From positions 1,440,001 to 1,504,000 of the forward strand of contig OY843768.1 of assembly GCA_963693095.2 (NCBI GenBank): DNA of 64,000 nucleotides, written 5' to 3'. The translations under genes and the position numbers were made by a program. The DNA comes from Cenarchaeum sp. GTDB taxonomy: Archaea > Thermoproteota > Nitrososphaeria > Nitrososphaerales > Nitrosopumilaceae. The notes below the pieces were generated by a model, which was not told the DNA's origin, made no database searches, and saw nothing but the letters and a program-made list of their open reading frames with translations. Below are positions 58,308 through 64,000 of the stretch, in pieces (the stretch's first letter is position 1; each line of letters starts with the position of its first letter).

Positions 58308-58888
58308 GCCCCCACAAAGTTTGCGATCATCGTGCGCCCGGCAGCTCCTGACTTTTCAGGGTGGAACTGCGTGCCCACATAGCTGCCACTCTGCACGATC
58401 GCCGGTATCCGCGCGCCATAGTCGGCCTCGGCTGCTATGACCGAGGCGTCAGCGGGGCGGGCCATGTACGAGTGGACAAAGTAGGCCCACGTGCCCTCGG
58501 GCACGCCGGCGGTGAGCATCGAGTCGGCCCCGAGCTCGAGGCTGTTCCAGCCCATGTGCGGAACCTTTAGGTCCGTCGGGAGCCTGATGACGTCACCGGC
58601 GATGATTCCCAGGCCCTCGAGGCTGCCCTCCTCGCTGCGCTCAAAGAACATCTCCATGCCGAGGCATATTCCCAGAACAGGCACGCCGGCGGCCCACTCG
58701 GCGAGCGCACCGGCGTTGATCGTGCGCATTGCAGGATCAAAGCTGCCCACGCCGGGCAGGACGATCCCGTCATGCGCCCCACGCTGTGCCGGTTCTGTGA
58801 CCGTTTCCACCGTCACGCCGGCGCGCTCTAGTGCGTTGCGTATGCTAAAGAGGTTGCCGGCCCCATAGTCAAGAACCGCAATGGCCAT
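58295..58888 (-). CDS. hisH: Imidazole glycerol phosphate synthase glutaminase subunit
   Basis: DYGAGNL, LPGVG, GICLG, VPHMGWN, YFVHSY, QFHPEKS. Confidence 0.97.
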   Translation of the reverse strand: MAIAVLDYGAGNLFSIRNALERAGVTVETVTEPAQRGAHDGIVLPGVGSFDPAMRTINAGALAEWAAGVPVLGICLGMEMFFERSEEGSLEGLGIIAGDVIRLPTDLKVPHMGWNSLELGADSMLTAGVPEGTWAYFVHSYMARPADASVIAAEADYGARIPAIVQSGSYVGTQFHPEKSGAAGRTMIANFVGACRR

Positions 58889-58890
58889 CG

Positions 58891-59484
58891 TTACATCGTG
58901 CCCTTTGAGCTTGGCGGCCCGTCGCGTCGCGCGTCTGGAGCGGCGGCCTGGCGGAACGAGAGCGCAAGTGACTTTATTGCCGCCTCGGCCTTGTGGTGCT
59001 CGTTTGTGCCGCGCAGAACGTCAACGTGCGCGCAGCACGCCATGGCCTTTAGCAGTGAGCTGAAAAAGTGCTCAAGGTCCTCGCGCGGCATTCCCTCGAC
59101 GCGCTCTCCGGTGACTTTGAGCGAGACGTGCGAGTGCTGCCTGCGCACAAGGTCAACAGACGCGCGAGCGAGTGACTCGTCCATGGGCGCTGTCATCGAG
59201 CCAAACCTGACTATGGAGTGGCGCTCGCCGAGTGCCTCGTCTATGGTCTCGCCTAGCGCGATGGCCGCATCCTCGGTCAGGTGGTGCGCAATGCCGTCGC
59301 GCGAAGTCGCGCGCATTGTGACGTCGACCATTGAGTGCTTTGCGAACGAGGCGACTAGGTGGTCAAGGAATGCGTCCCCCGTCTCGACTTTCGAGTCTCC
59401 CCTGCCGTCAATGTTGATGCTCACTGTGATGTCCGTCTCGGACGTCTTGCGGTTCCTGTTTGCCTCCCTCGGCCCTGTCCCCAT
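58891..59484 (-). CDS. hisB: Imidazoleglycerol-phosphate dehydratase
   Basis: RKTSETDI, FLDHL, HHLTED, PMDESL, NEHHKAEA, PSSKG. Confidence 0.96.
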   Translation of the reverse strand: MGTGPREANRNRKTSETDITVSINIDGRGDSKVETGDAFLDHLVASFAKHSMVDVTMRATSRDGIAHHLTEDAAIALGETIDEALGERHSIVRFGSMTAPMDESLARASVDLVRRQHSHVSLKVTGERVEGMPREDLEHFFSSLLKAMACCAHVDVLRGTNEHHKAEAAIKSLALSFRQAAAPDARRDGPPSSKGTM

Positions 59485-59685
59485 GGATGCCGGGCGCAGG
59501 CGCCTCGCGATTTAAAATGTTCGAAATGTGCGCAGGCGCGAGATGCCCTCACGCGCCAAGGTGGACGAGTGCGTGACGCTCACCGTGCCGGCCATGACGG
59601 CTGCCGCGTCAGGTAAAAATATGGCATCGCGAGCCGCCGTGCCCGTGCCAGGGGCATTCGGATCGCAGGCCGGCGCGTGGTGCGC

Positions 59686-59814
59686 ATGAGCGCGACTGAG
59701 CCCGTTGAGTGCCCGCGCTGCTCAGAGACGATGAACAGGATGCAGGCCTGCCACCTAGTCTGCCCCAACTGTGGCGCTCACCTCGACTGCTCGGACAAGG
59801 GAAGCTTTTGGTGA
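59686..59814 (+). CDS. CPxCG-type zinc-finger microprotein (42 aa, not in ORF track)
   Basis: Manual translation MSATEPVECPRCSETMNRMQACHLVCPNCGAHLDCSDKGSFW. Confidence 0.75.
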   Translation: MSATEPVECPRCSETMNRMQACHLVCPNCGAHLDCSDKGSFW

Positions 59815-59837
59815 CAGTGCGGCGCAGACGAGCCCGC

Positions 59838-60011
59838 TCACATGCCGGGCCTGTCAGGGACATAGTCTGAGGACATCTCTTGCGCGCGGCCCTTCATCGA
59901 CTCGATATACTCGTCATATCCGGACTCGTACCCGCATGCGCACTTTATGCGCGTGGCGTTCTCGTCAAGCTCGGCGTCACGGTCGCACTCGGGACATCGT
60001 GCCCTGATCAT
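59838..60011 (-). CDS. Small zinc-ribbon protein (57 aa, not in ORF track), apparent paralog of 52557-52766
   Basis: Manual translation MIRARCPECDRDAELDENATRIKCACGYESGYDEYIESMKGRAQEMSSDYVPDRPGM. Confidence 0.7.
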   Translation of the reverse strand: MIRARCPECDRDAELDENATRIKCACGYESGYDEYIESMKGRAQEMSSDYVPDRPGM

Positions 60012-60172
60012 CAGCGGGGGCGCACGTGCGACCCAATATTAGCGTGTGCCGAAGCCTAGTCGATCATGCGCTCTAGCCGATCAGCCATGATGCGGCAATC
60101 GCGGGAGGACGCACGTGCCGACCATGTCCACACGGAAAGCCGTTTTGGCCCATTTCAGGCACACGTGGCAAA

Positions 60173-61135
60173 CTAGAGCTCTGATATCGCCTTGCGTATG
60201 TCACGCCTGTCTGGCGCCGAGGGCACGAGGCGCAGGTACTCCTCGAGGTCAGCCTTTGCGCCGTCCTTGTCGCCAAGCCCAATGCGCGCAATTCCGCGGT
60301 TTTTGTGTATCGGCCCAAAGCGCGTCGCGTTTATCGTAATCGCCGCAGTATAGCTGCGCTCGGCGGCAGCATTGTCACCGGCCTTTAGGTAATGGTTTCC
60401 GAGGCCGCGGTGCGCAAGGTAGCAGCGCTCGTTGATCTCTAGTGCCTTTTCATAGTGCCCAATGCACTCGGCGCTGCCAGCCGCATTGAGCATGCCGCCC
60501 AGGAGCGAGTGGGCCGTAGAGTTTGACGCGTCTATCGAGATGGCGTCGCGAAGCATAGCGATGGCCTCATCGTGGCGAGACTGGAGATCCAGCCTCTCGG
60601 CCTCAAAGCACATGCGGTTGGAGCGCGCCTCCTCCTCGCCGCCAAGCGAGAGCGACGGTCCGATGTCAGGGGGCGCGATCGCAATGAGGAGCATGCCGTC
60701 CTCGCCCCACATCTCGGCAAACTGTGACTGCGGGATTGCCCCCAGCTGGAACTCGCCGCCCCCTCCGGACTCGGGGATATAGTGCAGGATCGTCCCCTCC
60801 GAGTCGTCATATCCGGATATGACCGAGGCGTGCTGGACAGTCTCGCGCAGGCCCGGCAGTATCACTATGGGCGGCACGCCGGCATCTATTGAGCGGCGCA
60901 GCGCGGCCATCGACGAGTGGTGAATCGAGCTCCAGAGGCCATGGGCCTCGGCGAGGCCGATGCCCTCGATGAGTATGCTCCCGCGCGCGCCGGCGTACCT
61001 TGTGGCGATCTTGCGCGCCTCGTCCATCGGTATCTCGACGCCCCAGTACCTGCAGACGGCGTTGACTGAGAGCGGAAGGCAGATGTTCTCCTCCTTGACC
61101 CTAGGCACCTCGAGGTCGCGCGCACTTGATGACAA
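60173..61135 (-). CDS. Peptidase C39-like domain plus TPR repeats protein
   Basis: N-terminal ICLPLS...YWG, QHASVISGYD papain-like Cys/His; C-terminal TPR motifs. Confidence 0.8.
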   Translation of the reverse strand: MSSSARDLEVPRVKEENICLPLSVNAVCRYWGVEIPMDEARKIATRYAGARGSILIEGIGLAEAHGLWSSIHHSSMAALRRSIDAGVPPIVILPGLRETVQHASVISGYDDSEGTILHYIPESGGGGEFQLGAIPQSQFAEMWGEDGMLLIAIAPPDIGPSLSLGGEEEARSNRMCFEAERLDLQSRHDEAIAMLRDAISIDASNSTAHSLLGGMLNAAGSAECIGHYEKALEINERCYLAHRGLGNHYLKAGDNAAAERSYTAAITINATRFGPIHKNRGIARIGLGDKDGAKADLEEYLRLVPSAPDRRDIRKAISEL

Positions 61136-61182
61136 TGGCAGGCTGCGCGCCCCGTGCGCTATTAAAACCGATCACGGTGCCC

Positions 61183-61737
61183 TCACGCGCGCGCAATCTC
61201 TCGCACAAACGTGGCGAGGAGGCCGGCGCCGTCAGCGGACATCTCGGGGTGAAACTGTGTCCCGTACACGGGCGCGCCCTCTACGCGCACGACCTCAAAG
61301 GCGCACGCATCCGAGGAGGCAAGCGCTGCCATCCCGTCCGGAAGGCGCGCGATCTCGTATGCGTGGCTCTCAAATGCGGCAAGTGTGCCCGAGCAGAGCG
61401 GGTTCTCGGCCATGACCCTGACGGCATGGAGGCCACGGCGCGGAGCCGCCATGCGGCGCAGGGATCCCCCGCGGCACTGTGCGAGAATCTCGGCCCCATA
61501 GCAGACTCCCAGTAGCGGCGTTCCGGCTTGGCACGCCGCACCAATGACGCGCGCGTTGACGGCATTGGAGATGCGGCTCGAAGCTCCACGACCCGAGAGG
61601 ATAAAGGCCGAATAGCGCAAGAGCGATGCAGTGTCTATGCGCGAGGGCACAAGGCGCTCAACCTCGCAGCCAAGGGACGAGAGGTGGGCATCTAGCGCAT
61701 CCGAGTATGCCGAGCCGTTGTCGACAAGGAGGAGCAT
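61183..61737 (-). CDS. Class I glutamine amidotransferase (GMP synthase subunit A-like)
   Basis: LVDNGS, ILSG, GVCYG, ESH, QFHPE. Confidence 0.85.
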   Translation of the reverse strand: MLLLVDNGSAYSDALDAHLSSLGCEVERLVPSRIDTASLLRYSAFILSGRGASSRISNAVNARVIGAACQAGTPLLGVCYGAEILAQCRGGSLRRMAAPRRGLHAVRVMAENPLCSGTLAAFESHAYEIARLPDGMAALASSDACAFEVVRVEGAPVYGTQFHPEMSADGAGLLATFVREIARA

Positions 61738-61750
61738 GGCGCCCCGGAAC

Positions 61751-64000
61751 CTAGTTGCCGACCTCGACTGTGATATAGTGGAGCTCGGTTATCCCGTCGC
61801 GCACCATGATCGTCCCATAGCTTATCGTCTCTGCCTCCTCGTCCTCCCATGAGACGATGCGATCAGACGCGCCTATGAACGAGTCGATAAAGCCGAGTAT
61901 CGTCGAGGCGGCCTCTCCCTCCTCGGCGGCCGTGTAAAAGTATGCACGGGCCTCCTCAAAGGAGAGTGACGCCTGGATCGAGGACGGGCGCACGATTCCG
62001 GCTCCCTGGCCCTCAAAGAGCGCCTCGACGGCTGTCATGCGCGCCTCGCGCGAGAGGTCGCGCTCGTCTGCAGCAGCACCGGACGGCGAGACGCGCGCAA
62101 GCTTTGAGAGGTATGCCTCAAAGGCCTCCTCCTGCGTGTCGCCGAGACCGACATAGTACTCGCCGGTGAACTCGGCGCCGACTGCGGCGATCGTGCCGAG
62201 CTGCGCGACGACGCCGCCGGCGCCGGCCGTGTAGACTGGAATAAAGTACGTGTCATGGTCACCGACCCTGTAGAGTATGTTGTCTCCGATTCGCGGGTTG
62301 CGCAGGAGCGTCTTTAGCTGCGCAAAGTCGGGATCGCGATCAAGGGCCTCGCGGACCGCCGTCGGGCCGATGAGCTTTGTGGTCGATTCAAGCGGAACCT
62401 CGTAGAACTGCATCTTGCCTAGGCGCGGCAGGTCGTTCTCGACGACCATGTATCCGGCGAGGTTGCGACCCTGCGAGCCGCGAAGCTCGAGGGAGAGGAG
62501 ACCCACGAACTCGGGCTTCTCAAAGCCCGGAGGCTTTGCCTGGATATAGTACGTGTCAAGTCCCGTGGGCACCTCGTAGAACTGGTTTGCCTGTATGAAC
62601 GTCTCGACGTCAGTCACGTGGTACACGTTGTACATGTTTGTCTTCCAGTTAAAGAGCTCGACAGGATAGCGCGTCTGCTCGGTCAGCCACTCGGGGATCG
62701 GCTCAAAGTCAGCCTCGTACTGGCTCACAAACATGTCGGTGAAAAAGTCATCACCCGTGCGCAGAAGCCTAATGTCACCGTCGTACGTGTCGATGAGCGC
62801 ATAGCCGACGAGGCGGAGGTATGGGTTGCCCGCTGACCACGGCACGTCACGCGCGTCAAAGCCGACTATGAGCGGCATGAGCCAGTACGAAGAATCGCCG
62901 TCAGTCACGGGTATCGAGTCTATCTCCTTGCCAAAGAGCGAGTACAAAAAGTACGGATACAGCGTCTGCATGCGCTCGATGATGTCCTTGTAGCGCATGA
63001 CATGGACGGACTCGGCCGGAAATGAGAGCAAAAAGTTGGGCTCAAATATCCAGCTCACCGGCGGCGACACGCTCAGGCCTCCCTCGCCCGTATAGAACGT
63101 CCCGCCGAGCTCGGCGCTCGTGTCCCCGCGAGACACGGGATACGCCGACCACTGCTCCTCAAGGAGGCCCCCCTCGCCATAGTATATGGCGCGCTGCGAG
63201 AATATGCTGCTGCTGTCCACGATGTTGCCGTCCGTGGCGCCAAGCGTGAGGAAGCCGTTTGGCACGTGCGTGTAGACGAGGTGCTCGTTGTACCAGCGGT
63301 TCTCGAGCGTGACTGATGACGGGAGGATCGGCTTCATCGACGCGGTCCAGTAGAGCGTGTTGTTGAAGCGCAGGATGTCATTGTCCTCAAAGTCGACATA
63401 TGGTATGAGGCCGATCTCGGGCTTTAGCTTGGCAAAGGCCGCCTCCCAGTCCCACACGCGGATGGCCCCGAGGACGTCCGAGTTGGACTCGACGTACGAG
63501 GCTATATTGTTGGGGGAGACGGCCTCGAGGTCGATGTTGTGCATGTTCTCAGACACGTCGTCGAGCTCGCCGAGGTGGCGGTTCACGCCGATCTCCTGCG
63601 CCGTGTACGGCCCGAGGTACTCGATCTTGCGCGCATCAGCAATGCTGTTGTTGACTGACATTATCGACGCGGCGATGATGACTATGGCGACTATGGTCAA
63701 AAAGCGCACGTACACGTCGCGCTTGAGTATATGCGTCAGGACACGCGCGCGTATGCGGTCGATGGCCGAGAATGCCGCAAAGGAGACTCCGACGGCGAGG
63801 ATCGCGGCGATCGCATAGCGCGTGTTATAGTCGAGCTCGCTCGTAAAGAACATGTTGAGGCCAGTCCAGAGAATGCCGACGGCGAGGATTGCCTCAAAGC
63901 TTGAGACATAGCTCAGGTATCGCGGCTTGCCCTCGGCCATGTCGCGCACGTATGACGTCACGACGCGCACGACCGTGTGCAGTCCGACATAGAGCGCCAG
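61751..64000 (-). CDS. UPF0182 family membrane protein (5' part outside window)
   Basis: TM helices then IRVWD, WYNEHLVYTH, IYYGE, IDTYDG, RYPVELF, YHVTD..TF, NLAGYM, IGP; frame open to the window edge. Confidence 0.88.
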   Translation of the reverse strand: MALYVGLHTVVRVVTSYVRDMAEGKPRYLSYVSSFEAILAVGILWTGLNMFFTSELDYNTRYAIAAILAVGVSFAAFSAIDRIRARVLTHILKRDVYVRFLTIVAIVIIAASIMSVNNSIADARKIEYLGPYTAQEIGVNRHLGELDDVSENMHNIDLEAVSPNNIASYVESNSDVLGAIRVWDWEAAFAKLKPEIGLIPYVDFEDNDILRFNNTLYWTASMKPILPSSVTLENRWYNEHLVYTHVPNGFLTLGATDGNIVDSSSIFSQRAIYYGEGGLLEEQWSAYPVSRGDTSAELGGTFYTGEGGLSVSPPVSWIFEPNFLLSFPAESVHVMRYKDIIERMQTLYPYFLYSLFGKEIDSIPVTDGDSSYWLMPLIVGFDARDVPWSAGNPYLRLVGYALIDTYDGDIRLLRTGDDFFTDMFVSQYEADFEPIPEWLTEQTRYPVELFNWKTNMYNVYHVTDVETFIQANQFYEVPTGLDTYYIQAKPPGFEKPEFVGLLSLELRGSQGRNLAGYMVVENDLPRLGKMQFYEVPLESTTKLIGPTAVREALDRDPDFAQLKTLLRNPRIGDNILYRVGDHDTYFIPVYTAGAGGVVAQLGTIAAVGAEFTGEYYVGLGDTQEEAFEAYLSKLARVSPSGAAADERDLSREARMTAVEALFEGQGAGIVRPSSIQASLSFEEARAYFYTAAEEGEAASTILGFIDSFIGASDRIVSWEDEEAETISYGTIMVRDGITELHYITVEVGN

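Noticed and set aside
182-63818. Numerous antisense and alternate-frame ORFs in the track
   Set aside because: Shadow ORFs expected in GC-rich DNA opposite well-identified genes; no motifs

Overview
GC-rich archaeal genome segment, most consistent with a Nitrososphaeria/Thaumarchaeota member of the Cenarchaeum-like type (inferred from radA, rpo4, rpl21e, rps17e, proteasome alpha, HMf histone, gatDE, a Ubl-Cgi121 fusion and a large repetitive surface protein). Most of the window is housekeeping: pyrD/K/E/I/B, hisBHAFI-gatDE, gdhA, KEOPS/t6A genes and three tRNAs. The main accessory feature is a ~9.4 kb AT-rich island (~20.0-29.5 kb, minus strand). It encodes a class II DISARM-like defence operon: Dcm-like C5 methyltransferase, DrmA helicase with apparent inserted domains, DrmB DUF1998 and DrmC PLD nuclease. 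A translationally coupled 482-aa orphan gene follows them, and no DrmE-sized gene is present. Twelve copies of a 14-bp tandem repeat lie just upstream of the operon's putative promoter, next to an apparently truncated surface protein gene. Features absent from the ORF track include a dual-guide box C/D sRNA (14367-14436) predicted to target 23S rRNA helices 69-71 and several microproteins. A probable GDGT ring synthase-family radical SAM gene is also present. All calls come from motif recognition by eye; no searches were run and GC values are visual estimates.
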